Assembly: GCF_000143415.4 (NCBI RefSeq)
Contig: NW_003314273.1
Location: 2,790,719-2,854,718 of the forward strand
Direction of reading: 5' to 3'
DNA from: Selaginella moellendorffii
Lineage: Eukaryota; Plantae; Lycopodiophyta
Length of the DNA stretch: 64,000 nucleotides
The position numbers and the translations under genes are program-made. Shown piece after piece: positions 22,890 through 34,350 of this stretch. Within the stretch, counting starts at the first letter, position 1; every line of letters starts with the position of its first letter. The notes under the pieces are model-generated. The model searched no databases, was not told where the DNA came from, and was given only the letters and a program-made list of their open reading frames with translations.

Positions 22890-23993
22890 CCAAGGTTGAT
22901 AGAATTGTCAGCAGCCAGTAGAAGTACTCAATGTGAGCCCTGTTGAGATTGTCATTGATCCAGTTGCCGTCAACGCGGCCACCTTTTGTACTTGTAAACT
23001 TGACCACCATCTCCACGAGCAAGCTGCTAATGAAGCTCCCGATGGAGATGGTGCTGAGATAGAGCGCCACTCCAATGCTTCGCATGGAATCCGGGGCTTG
23101 ATCGTAGAAGAACTTGTTCTGGCCGACGGAGATGAAAACCTCGCAAACTCCCGTGAGCGCGTACTGGGACAAGAGCCAGAATGCGCTCATCGGGACCGTC
23201 GACTGGGGGCGATCCAAAACCGTGTTGCCTAGCCACTCGCAAGCGCTTCATCTCCACCAGCGCGGCGATGGCGATGGAGACCGTGGAGATGACCTGGCCG
23301 ATCCCAATGCGCTGGAGCATCGTGATCCCTCGCTCGTTCCCCGTGATCCGGCGCGCGAATGGCACAAAGTAGCGGTCGTAGAGCGGCATGATGATGCAAA
23401 TGGTGAGGGTGATGAAGAGCGTGAAGGAGGCGGCTGGGATCTGGAATCGCCCCAGATGCCGCTCCATGGTGTCGCCCTGGTTGAGGAATAAGGTGCCCAC
23501 CTGGGCGAAGACGCTGCTAAAGATGAGGTTCGTGAACCAGATGGGCATCACTCGCACTAGGAGCTTCACTTCCTCGACTTGCGTCACTGGGCACAGGCTC
23601 CACGGCTTCACTTCCTTGCTCTGCAGATCCTTCTCGCTCACCACCGCCGCCTTGTTCAGGAATCTGCTCGCGATCAATCGTAGTAAGCTAAGATTGTTCT
23701 TCTGGACTTACGTGAATTCTTTACTCCTGGGATGTGTGGGAACTGCGCCTCCTTGTCGCTCAGCTCGTACAGCTTCTCATTGTCGTCTGGAACGCTCACA
23801 TTCCACTTCCTGGTGGCCGCCACCAGGACCTGAGCGACGCGGGTGAAGGAACTTCCAGCGGGCTTTTGGGTGCGATAGTTTGATCTCCCGGAGAAGAAGA
23901 GGAGGGTGGCGAGGGCGACGACAGCGGTAGCGCCGCCTCATCCCCACGTCCATCCGTAAGTCACCTGGATGTAGACGAGGGCAGTGACCGAGA
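22890..23993 (-). pseudogene. NRT1/PTR family (NPF) transporter fragment, second copy
   Basis: Direct duplicate of 8490-9568 with independent lesions. Confidence 0.85.
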
Positions 23994-24012
23994 ACTTTGA
24001 TTGTTTTCGCAG

Positions 24013-24772
24013 GTAGAGAGCAAGATGGAAGCCAAAGAGGAAAAGAAGCGATTGAAAGCACAAGTAAAAGCCGAGGAGAAGCAGAAAAGGAAGGCACTGA
24101 AGAAGAAAATGAAAGAGAACGGTGAAGCTGGCGAGCCAGAAGCAAAGAGAGCTGAGCGAAGCAGAAGAGCTGCCGAGGAGGATGACGATGGAAACAAAGG
24201 AGCTTCCGATGAGGATGACAGGTATAGCAGGAGGAAAAGATCTGCCGAGGACAGCGACGGGGAAGACAGGCATAGAAACAAAATAGGTGCTTCTTCGCGG
24301 GATGATCGAGAAGATCGCAGCAAAAGAATTCCCGAGAGAGACGAGCAAGACAGGTACAGAAGCAACCAAGTTCGCGAGGACGATGATAGGAGAAGTAGAA
24401 AGCGGGAGAGACACGATAGCCCAGACGTGAATGATCGGCATCGCAGGCACGAAGACAGGCACAGGGACAGGGAGGAAAACCGCGACTCCGGCAAGCCACC
24501 GCTGCCGAGGAAGAAAGTCCAGCTGAGCGAGGAGGAGAGATGCAGCAGGACGCGGAGCTCCACGAGGAGCAGCGGTGGCAGCGGATCAAACGCGCCTCGG
24601 CGAGCGACGCTGTCCAGGAGGAGAAGGACTCGATCAAGTCGGGGAAGAACTTCCTGGACGAGACGAACAGGAGTGTTTATGGCACCGAGAATGGAGGCAG
24701 TGCCTCGGTCGCGGATACTTTGCATCGGCGATCGCACTACCGCGAGAAGTTCACGCGTTTAGGCGATCATAG
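24013..24772 (+). pseudogene. CWC25: CWC25-like last exon, frameshifted
   Basis: Carries the same deletion after LSEEE as the copy at 913-1620. Confidence 0.75.
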
Positions 24773-24922
24773 AGATGATCGCGTAGAGATGGCAAAGAAA
24801 CCTTTTGGGTGTAAACCATCATCGACTAAAGAACCATTTGAAGTTCTTTTAGTATGAGAGGTCATGGAATTTATTGACAATTGGAAGAATCATCGATGAA
24901 TGGAGCCTTTTCATTTCTATCG

Positions 24923-25222
24923 CTAGTATCTAGTGCCAGGGATGAGAGTATCGAAGAAGTGGAGCCTTGGGTCTTGATGCTGTGGGATACAACCACTGCC
25001 CATCACTCCTCCCCCTTGGTTCTTGTGATCCTGAGCTTGGATCTTGCTGCTTGCCCCTTGGTTGTGCGCTCCTGACGAGGGATCCTGGTGGAATTGCTCT
25101 TGATCTGGCGAATTCGCGGAGGAGGAAGGCGAGTCGTGATGGAAGTGATGGACTCGAGCCTCGTAGATCGCTGCAGTGGCCGTGGCAGCCGCCATAGTTG
25201 CCATAGATTTGAAGTAAGCCAT
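24923..25222 (-). CDS. 99-aa small protein of unknown function (copy 2)
   Basis: Open copy with 3 amino-acid differences from 450-749. Confidence 0.5.
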   Translation of the reverse strand: MAYFKSMATMAAATATAAIYEARVHHFHHDSPSSSANSPDQEQFHQDPSSGAHNQGASSKIQAQDHKNQGGGVMGSGCIPQHQDPRLHFFDTLIPGTRY

Positions 25223-25702
25223 AGATCCTGTAATCTATAGCATAGAATTGACGCGAATTGGAGGAGAGGATCTGGATGCTAGCGCTACTGGCTACCGGAT
25301 TGATCGATCGATCGATCGAATTGGAGGGAGCGGAGATGGGAGGGGATGAGATCGCAGAGCACAGGCTGTGCCACCAAACGAGGAATGGTACTTTTATTGC
25401 GTCAATCGAAAGCGTGGAGCCAGGCGTGGTCAAGAACACACGCTAGTGGCAGCGAATCTATGCAAGCCACGTGTCTTTTTGTGCGTACGCGGCGAGATTC
25501 CAGCCCCTTGACGCGCCAGTTTTTTCTAGAAATTGAAAAGCGTCTTGATTGGATTTTTCCCAATCAAACTTCGAGGATTTGATTGAGAGTGATCAGCATC
25601 AATTGGATTGGATCATCCAGGACCCTCTTGTGAAATTCTGCTCTATGCTGGTTTTATCTCTGGATTGAGATAGTTATCCTTACCTCAAAACCAAGTTTTC
25701 AG

Positions 25703-26112
25703 AATTGGTTGTACAAGTGATTGGTGTGCGGTTTGCTGTTTGGATCATTTCTGAGGGATTTCGCTTTGTGTAGAACAGTGTGCCCCTGGAAAGTCTGAAA
25801 TTTCTTAGTTTTGAAGTGTGGCGGGACTAGATTCTTAGATGCTGGCAAAAAATTCTCTCCATCTAATGTAAATTCAGTACTAGCAAACATAATATGCGAT
25901 TCCCACTGGCAAAGCTTTTGTACTGGTGTGATTTCACGGTTTGAAGAATCTTTACCGATCGCGATCGCGTATTAATTTATAGCCCCACTTTCGACATGCA
26001 TGTTTGAATTTTACAAATGGAAATCCCAAAGTTGCAAAGACGATGGTGGTGTAGGTCAAGACACTAATCTCCGAATCGATGATTGTTTCAAGGCACTAGC
26101 CAAGATTGCATC
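25703..26112 (+). pseudogene. CVNH paralog relic (type B)
   Basis: LKCGGTRFLD and WKSQSCKDDGGVGQDTNLRIDDC remnants. The start codon is lost. Confidence 0.6.
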
Positions 26113-26143
26113 AACAGATATGCTTTTTTTCTCATAGAGAGCA

Positions 26144-27040
26144 ATGTATGGTCAAGAGGTTTTATTGGATGGAATAAAAAAGTGTAGCAATCTATCTGCA
26201 GCTTGTAAGCTTCACAATGACATCAAGCACCTCCTTGCGGCAGGAGATTGTTTGGCATCCAATTTTCTGGTGCAAATGTATCGGAGGTGTGGATGCCATC
26301 TAGATCGAGGAATGGAATGCCATGCCGCATCAAACAGCTATCTTGACCAAGCAAAGCAGTTGTTTGATCGAATGGAACCTTGCTTCATGGTGGAACATGC
26401 CTTCTCTCGGCATGGCTTACTCCTGTTTTTGATTCCATGAGATGAATGCAATGATAGTATGACACAAACGGGCATTTGGATAAAGCAATGTATCTTTGAG
26501 CTTATGCCGGAAAGGAGCTAATCTCTTTATCAAAGACCACCGACATATGCCAATTAAGGACTCTGTTTATGCCGAGAGATCTTGTTTCTTGGAACTCTCA
26601 TGCCCAAGCTGGGCATTTTCAGGAGGCGAAGAACATCTTTTCCAACATGCCAGAGTTTGCTCCTCTGTCTTTCACGCCCATTCAGTGCGTTGGCCACCCT
26701 CATAAGGATTTGGTTGCGTCTACTGCTCTGCTTGTCATCTTGGCGGAGAGTGGCTGCTTCACGCAGATCACGACGACAGTCGAGGCTGAGCAGAATTTTT
26801 ACAGCATGCAGCGTTTATGCTGCGCTTGTATTCTCAAGAACGGACTCATGACGCCGAAGCCATATATTTAGGTCTGCCTGATCAAGGCGATCATTTAGTC
26901 CGGCAACATCTAAAGAATCTCTTTGATGAATGACGAGACGAGGTTACGTGGACCGCCATGCTGACAGGGTATGTTAACTACCAGAAGTTGGAGGAAGCGT
27001 TCGAAACAATGCCGATCACAGCGTAGATTGTGCTCATAGC
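26144..27040 (+). pseudogene. PPR relic (type B)
   Basis: MYGQEVLLDGIKKCSNL followed by deleted PPR motifs. Confidence 0.7.
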
Positions 27041-27138
27041 CGAATCCTACGTGGACTACATGGCAAAAAATTTTGCTCCATAAAGGTTGATTTGCCAATA
27101 AATCTCAGCGTTTCTACTTCAAGAAACTAATTTTTAGA

Positions 27139-27526
27139 ATGGGTGTGCGATTGATAGTTTCCATTGTTGCCTCGCTTGCTGCTTTGATCATTCCTAAAAC
27201 ATTTGGGTGTGGGGATTTCTCACTTACTTGTAATATATTTAAATCAAGCGCAACCAAAATTCATTTAAAATGGTGTCTCCCTGGAAAATCTAAGATTTAT
27301 CTGGACTTGGACAATCACATCCACAATGATAATGGGAATTTAAAGTGTGGCGGGGCAAATTTCTTAGAAACATGCACGCCCATAGGTTACAGATATAACA
27401 ATGAAACCATTTCAAGGTTGGTCTACTATGCGACGTGCCAAGACAACAGTGGTGCGAATCATGAAACTAATCTCCGACGATGATTGTTTCTACAACAACC
27501 AAGGAACCATCCAAGATTGTGCATGA
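27139..27526 (+). pseudogene. CVNH lectin copy with frameshift near the C-terminus
   Basis: Colinear with 13173-13559. A small deletion at ~27477 truncates it after TNLR. Confidence 0.75.
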
Positions 27527-27553
27527 TTATGTGGTTTTTTCTAACAGAGAACC

Positions 27554-29402
27554 ATGTTAACACTAGATTGTCGAGAGCTTTTGTTGGATGCAATAAAGAA
27601 GTGTACCAATCTATCCACAGCCTCTAAGCTTCACAATGAGATTCAGCACCTCCTCGCGGCAGGAGACTGCTTGGCATGCAATTTGGTGGTGCAAATGTAT
27701 GGGAGGTGTGGATGCCCAGAAGCAGCATGGCAAATCTTCCGCGGCTCTACATCACGGAATCGATTCTCGTGGAATGCCATGCTCTCTGCCTTCGCATCAA
27801 ACAGCCATCTTGACCAAGCAAAGCAGTTGTTTGATCGAATGCCCGAATGGGATGTTGCTTCATGGTCGATCATGATCACTGCCTTCTCTAGGCATGGCTT
27901 ACTCCTACAGGCAAAAGAAGTTTTCGATTCCATGAGAGAGAGAGAGGCCTTGTAGCATGGAATGCAATGATCTTAGCATATGCCACAAACGGGCATTTGG
28001 ATAAAGCAATGTAGCTCTTTGAGCTGATGCCAGAAAGGAGCTTAATCTCTTGGACCACAATTCTATCCAAATCTACCAGCTTGGTTCAAGTAACGACACT
28101 CTTCAGCTCCATGCCTGAGAGAGATCTTGTTGCTTGGAACTCTCAGCTATCAGCACTTGCCCAGGCTGGGCATTTGCAGGAGGCGAAGGGCATCTTCTCC
28201 AACATGCCAGAATTTGATGCTCTGTCTTTTATGTCCATGATTCAGTGCTTTGGCCAGCACGGGCTTTTGGAAGATGCCAAGTGTTTCTTCCTCGCGCTGC
28301 CTCACAAGGATTTGGTTGCCTCCACGGTTTTGCTTGTCGTCTTGGTGGAAAGTGGCTGCTTTCACGAGGCAAAGAATCTGTTTGAGTCGATGGAGTGTAT
28401 AGATGTGGTTTCATGCGCGGTAATCCTGTCCGCTTACGCAGATCACGACGACAGCAGCATCGCGGAGGCTGAGCAAATTTTTTACAACATGCAGCGCCAG
28501 AACGCGTTTGCTTGCACTGCAATGCTGCGCTTGTATTCTCGGCGAGGACGGACTCACGACGCCGAAGCCGTATATTTAGGTCTGCCTGACCAAGGCGAGC
28601 ATTTAGTCCCGGCAACCGCTCTCATTACAGCATATGCTTGCAACGGGTATCTGGAAAAAGCAAAGAAACTCTTTGATGGAATGAAGGAGCGAAACGAGGT
28701 TACGTGGACTGCCATGCTGACAGGATATGTAAACAACACAGGATAGAAGACGCCCTGTGGATTTTCGAAAAAATGCCGGGTCACAGCGAGATACCGCTGA
28801 CGGCATATGCCCGAAGTGGACATATGCTTTTTGCTAAGAGAATTTTTGACAACTCCAATGAAAAGAGTGCTATTGCTTTTAATGCTCTCTTATCTGGTTT
28901 TTCATCAAATTCGCAGTTACTGGAAGCCAAAAGTGTGTTCGATTCAATCCAAGAAAGAAACCAATCTTCATGGAGTGCAATGCTTTCTGCATATACCCTA
29001 AACGGGCATTTGGATATGGCAAATCGGATATTCTTAGCAATGCCGGACATGGTCACTACCAATACACCTGATGAAGCTAGCTTAACAGCTTTGCTCACGT
29101 CATGTGCTCACAAAGGCACTGCTGCCATAGCTCGGGATCTCTTTGTGTCTTTCCAGTTTGATCACTCCATCAAACCCTCAAAGCAACACTACTCTTGTAT
29201 GATTGGTGTCCTTGTCCGGTCAGGGTATATCCAAGACACTGAGAATCTTCTGTGGGAGATGCCATACTACCCAGATTCCATGGATTGGAAGTGCTTGCTT
29301 GGAGCTGTAGTGAGTGGAGATGCAATGAAAAATGCCATTAGTGTGGAGCCTAGTAATAGTGCTCCAAATGTTCTTATTGCCAATTCTCACATAGTTACAT
29401 AG
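27554..29402 (+). pseudogene. PLS-E PPR pseudogene (type A)
   Basis: +2 slippage in the (GA)n at ~27933, a nonsense codon at ~28012, a frameshift at ~28740 and an in-frame deletion. Confidence 0.9.
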
Positions 29403-29454
29403 CTTAGATATTTTCAAGAGATTATATCAATTTTTACAACTATATCAAATTTTC

Positions 29455-30238
29455 TTACAAGGTGCCATGGTTTTGGTTGGCTATTTGATCGGCATTTATA
29501 AAGATCCCATGGAATCCATATGGAACTCCAGCAAGCAACTCTATAAAAGCCACTGTCTCAAGCATGGGCATTTGGCATCCATGACCAAAAGCTCCAAGAC
29601 ACCATTTTTCTCATCATGGACGTAGCTTAAGACATATCCATCGCCTTCCTCCTCGCCATTCGCCACAAAACTTACCACGTTCGAATCTCCTCGACGCCAC
29701 AATGCATGGCTCCTTGAGGTCCAGGTCACTTGTTCCATCAATTACCACCTTGGGCAGCCGTGGAGCATCCAGATCGACCTTGGCCAGGCCGGAGAATCTG
29801 GGCCATGGCCCATAGTAGCGCATGTAGACGTACTGGTTCTTCTGCCCCAGGAATTTCTGGTTGATCTTTCCAAAATCCAGTCCCGCCGAGCACATGTGTT
29901 GCTTCCACGACCATCCAGATTGAAGGTCCAGGTGGAGCTCGTGCAATCTGTTGGACAATCCGGCGAAATCATCAAACAGATGTTCTACTGGCACAATGGA
30001 TGAGCTGAGCACGACGATCTTGTCCGTCCCTTCCTCCCAGGCGTGGATGTAGTGGAATTACATCCAATCCAGGACGTCAATCCAGAAGATCCTACGGCCG
30101 GGATGCCAAATCTGGGACCCTTTTGGGCAGTATCTCCATCAATGACCAGTTTGTTCTCGAGCACTACATCCTGGAAATTCATCTCTTTTCCTTCTGTCTG
30201 GGCTTGCCCAGAAGTAATGGAGGTGGGGATTGATCACT
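29455..30238 (-). pseudogene. CCD 3' fragment
   Basis: SAGLDFGKINQKFLG, YVLSYVHDE and PYGFHGIF. Frameshifted and 5'-truncated. Confidence 0.85.
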
Positions 30239-30832
30239 GAAGTTAACCAACCAAAGATTTCTATTTTTGATGAGCACACGTGAAATCTAGGCTATTATTC
30301 ATGTAAAATCTAACCTTGGGCTTCACTAATCTGCCTACTACCTCCTAATGCATTTTTCAATGTAATCCTCACCTAGTTGTTAGTGAGTGGTTGAACCATT
30401 TGATGTGGCAGTTAACTGAGGTGTATGCATGGCAAGAGTAAAGTGAGGGGTTATGCACTAAAAATCTCACAATGGGTATTTAAGATTATGTATGCTATTA
30501 TATGTGGGATTTTGGGCAAAAAATATATATGTGCATTATTCTAAAATAAAGTTACAGTGCTAAGAATTTTATATAAAATTTTAGGAAGAATGATTTGAAT
30601 TTCATTAGATAGAGTTGTGGTACATAGTGAAGTTTTAGTGATTTTTTGTTTTCATTGTCATTTTCATTAACAATTCTAGTTATTCCTAATATGTATTTTT
30701 GCCAAATTGATTTATTTTAAAATTGTTCTAGTTTTTTATTCTAGGAATTTTGGCTTATAATTTGTACTTTAAATCACTAGTGCTCCTATTGGACAATGCT
30801 CTTGTTAGCTAGTGTTGCAATTATGTTGTGAA

Positions 30833-31081
30833 TCTCATTTAAACTCATGTTATAGAGTCAACAATAGTGTTATAAATTTGGTAACTTCTTCTTGAGTACC
30901 TCTCATCTTGAGTAGCCATCCTATGAACTTTTTGAGAAATAATTATAAAAAGTTTAGTGAAGTATCTAACTTATAGTTCTGGTGTTGTGTGTGATACGAA
31001 CCACAAGATGAGAGGTACTCAAGAAGAAGTTACCAAATTTATAACACTATTGTTGACTCTATAACATGAGTTTAAATGAGA
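30833..31081. repeat. Perfect 78-bp inverted repeat with 93-bp loop
   Basis: 30833-30910 is the exact reverse complement of 31004-31081. Confidence 0.9.
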
Positions 31082-32610
31082 ATCGTGGAATGGAAATCAT
31101 TACTGAATGCTTGTGATAGTCAAGAGGTTGATTCTTAGTTAGAATTGTAGGAAGTTGTTAATCTCACAATCTTTGTGAGGATAAAGTGAAGATAGATTTT
31201 TTTGTGACAAAGTTTACAAGCCATTCTTCTTTATAGTGGAAGAACTACATCAAAGCTAATCCAAAGCCACACTTCATTTGTCAAGAAGTTTGAACAAGTT
31301 GATCTCGTAAATCAGCTATTAGAGATTCGGTAGGGCACTTTGTTTTTGGATGTGTATGCCCGCAAGTTCTGTGATCTTTGCCTTAGTTTCACAGGCACCT
31401 ATAATTAATTGTTAAACATGCAATGTTTCATCAAAGGATTGAATTCAATAGATGTGCAGTATAAGGTCAAGAAGGATTTTCTAGCAACATTGACTAATGC
31501 TATCACTAAGGCTCAGATCTTTTTGCCCAAACCGTTAGTCAACTTGTTCAACTCCAGTCAATGGGATGGTCTACAGGGTGATAACTAACTTGCCAATGCT
31601 TCATATTTGAGGAAGAAACAGCTGTTGTTCCATTGTGGCTCGAAGCATAAAGATGGCAGTAAGGCTAAGAAACTTCGTTTGGACCAACAAAAGAAGGACA
31701 AGGTAGAAAGCAATTGTTTTTGTTGCCATAAGGCTGGACATCAGAGCAAAGATTGTTCTAAAGGGGTCAATAAATGATAAAGTGACTGTGATGGAAGTTA
31801 AAGGCAATGATGTGAGTGATAGTGTTTTTAGGGCTGCATTACTTCAAGTTAGGCATTCATGAGCCACAAATTTGATGCCATATAGTGGAATTAACCTAAT
31901 CACAACAAAGAGTTGTATATTGTGATTGTTGCTGTGAAAGAATGGCAATATTATTTGTATGGATCAAGCTTCCATATCGATTTTGTTCATCAATCTTTCT
32001 AGATGTGGATCTTCGAGGCCACCTTGCTCGTTGGCAAGAGTTCCTGCAGGAAATATCAATTAAGATCCAGTACAAGCATGGAGGTGACAATAAAGTGGTT
32101 GATGCATTATCCAAGATGGTAAATTCTATTTCATTCGTAAAGCTATTTAGCAATCTCTTGGATGAGCTTAAGGAGTTTGTTGACTTCAACTCCTTTATCA
32201 TTGATATTTGTGCTAAAGTTTTGTTGAGGGACCCCTCTACATATTTGAAGGGTGACAAGTTTGCATCATTTGAGATATGAGATGGAATCCTAGTGAAGAA
32301 GGGACATATAGTGGTTCTTCGTGTTGACAAACTCATCAAACGGATTTTGGTTGAGTGTCATGATGTGCCAAGTGCTGGGCATTCGGGGGTATTAAGAACA
32401 TATATATTGGTGAAGAGGTATTTCTTTTGGCCTGGGATGAAGTCAGATGTTGAGAAGTACATACGTGGTTGTTTGACTTGCCAATTGGTCAAAGTTAATC
32501 ATTAGAAGCTTATCATTCTTTACGTATACCCAAGAATAAGTGGGATAACATTTCAATGGACTTTATCATTAGTTTGCCCAAAACCTTTCGAGGAAATGAT
32601 GCTATTTGGG

Positions 32611-34350
32611 TGTAAGTGACTAAATTTTCCATTTTACTTTAGTCACTTAACCACGCCTTCAACCATTTGGAAGAGTCTCACTCACAACCTTTGTAAGTCC
32701 TATTTTGGACTTAAGGACTTGCTAGCCCCAAGAATGGCATCCATGCCACTCAACCATTGCACTTGGTCTAAGTGCTCCACGTGTCTGATCCCATGACCGA
32801 CACCCCAAAGTACCACTGACATCTCTGCCTGTTACGCTAAGGTTATGCCCCTTCACCTTGGTCACACTGGTGGTCTAACACCACCTACATCACAGTCCCG
32901 TTTCTCAAAGACTTGGCTATCCATCCATGAGTGATCATCCCAGATCCACTCCTTAGTATCCTTAGGATGCCCGCAGGCATAGGGAATAACCTTCCCTAAT
33001 ATCCCTTTTGCGATCCCCACTAAGTCCTTTTCTGTCCATGGCCGTGTTTGCCAACACTGGCACTGGATCAAGGCCCACGGGCCCGACCACTAAGTCCCAT
33101 GGACCTCTGGGACTTCCTCACTGTGTGACTGTGCGCTTGGTCACCACACCAGAGGGCTACTCCTCTTCCTTTCCATAGTTTGGGCTTTTGGGATAACATT
33201 TCGGAACACCGTAGCCCTACGTGAACCTCATGGGTACTCTCCTCGCCTTCCGCCTTTGGGTGCTCTAGCCATGGGCTTAGAGCGAGGTTCCATTGAGCCA
33301 CGCTAGGTATCCAAGTAGGTAATGCCACCCACACTTGGACTAGGAGCATCGACCATTCGATCTCCTAGGGGAATTAGAGCCGGCTCTTGAACACTTCACC
33401 AAGCGACCCCGCTTGTCGGTCCGTATTCACTCTAGTCTTGGACTTCCTAGTGGTTATCCCATCACCCAACACCTGGGTATAACCTTTCTAGGACAAACTA
33501 GCCTTTCCTGGCCAAACTGGCTCCATTGGAGTCCTCCCCCTACTATACTTTTGGAGCTCACCAAACCCCCCAAGGTCTAGGAGACAAACGCTTTGGGCTT
33601 TCACCCTCTCAAACTTGAACTCGGACTCGGACTCGAACTCAGACTCAGACTCGAGCTTGGGCTCGGTCTCGGTCTCGGCCTCGGCTTCGGTCTCGGTCTC
33701 GGTCTCGGTCTCGGTCCCGGTCTCGGTCCCGGTCCCGGTCTCGGTCTCAGTCCTGGTCCCGGTCTTGGTCTCGGTCTCAATCTCGACTTCGGACTCCATC
33801 TCAGGTCCTTCTCAGACTCCATCTCGTGTCCATCTCAGACTCCATCTCGGTCCATCTCGGACTCCATCTCAGGTCCATCTCGGACTCCATCTCGGACTCC
33901 ATCTCAGGTCCATCTCGGATTCCATCTTGGGTCCATCTCGGACTCCATCTCGGGTCCATCTCGAACTCCATCTCGGACTCCATCTCGGGTCCATCTCGGA
34001 CCCCATCTCTGACTCCATCTCAGACTCCATCTCGGGTCCATCTTAGACTCCATCTTGGTCCATCTCGGACTCCATCTCGGTCTTCATCTCAGGTCCATCT
34101 CGGACTCCATCTTGGACTCCATCTCGGGTCCATCTCGGACTCTATCTTGGGTCCCTTTTCTAGAGATTCTCTTATGGCTTGCTTCATACTCGTTCCTTAA
34201 GCACTCTATTGGGAGTTCCACTCCCGCTCTTGACCTTTCAAGTTGAAGTTTTTAGTCCAAACGTGTTATGTTCGCTTGACTTTCGCTTCGGCCACTACCA
34301 TGTGGTGCCCTTTCGGCTCCACTTTGGGGCTTAGGGATTTGTGTCTCACA
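32611..34350. mobile_element. Probable solo LTR (1740 bp) nested in the chromovirus integrase
   Basis: TGTAAG...CTCACA ends with 5-bp TSD TTGGG. The host integrase (DAIW|VVMD) resumes on removal. No coding capacity. Confidence 0.8.
33615..34155. repeat. Compound minisatellite (GTCTCG/GACTCG hexamers grading into GACTCCATCTCG/GGTCCATCTCG units)
   Basis: Directly visible tandem array inside the solo LTR. Confidence 0.9.

Noticed and set aside
33488-34246. Long ET-, GL-, SV- and PR-repeat ORFs in several frames
   Set aside because: These are by-products of a stop-free minisatellite inside a solo LTR, not genes.
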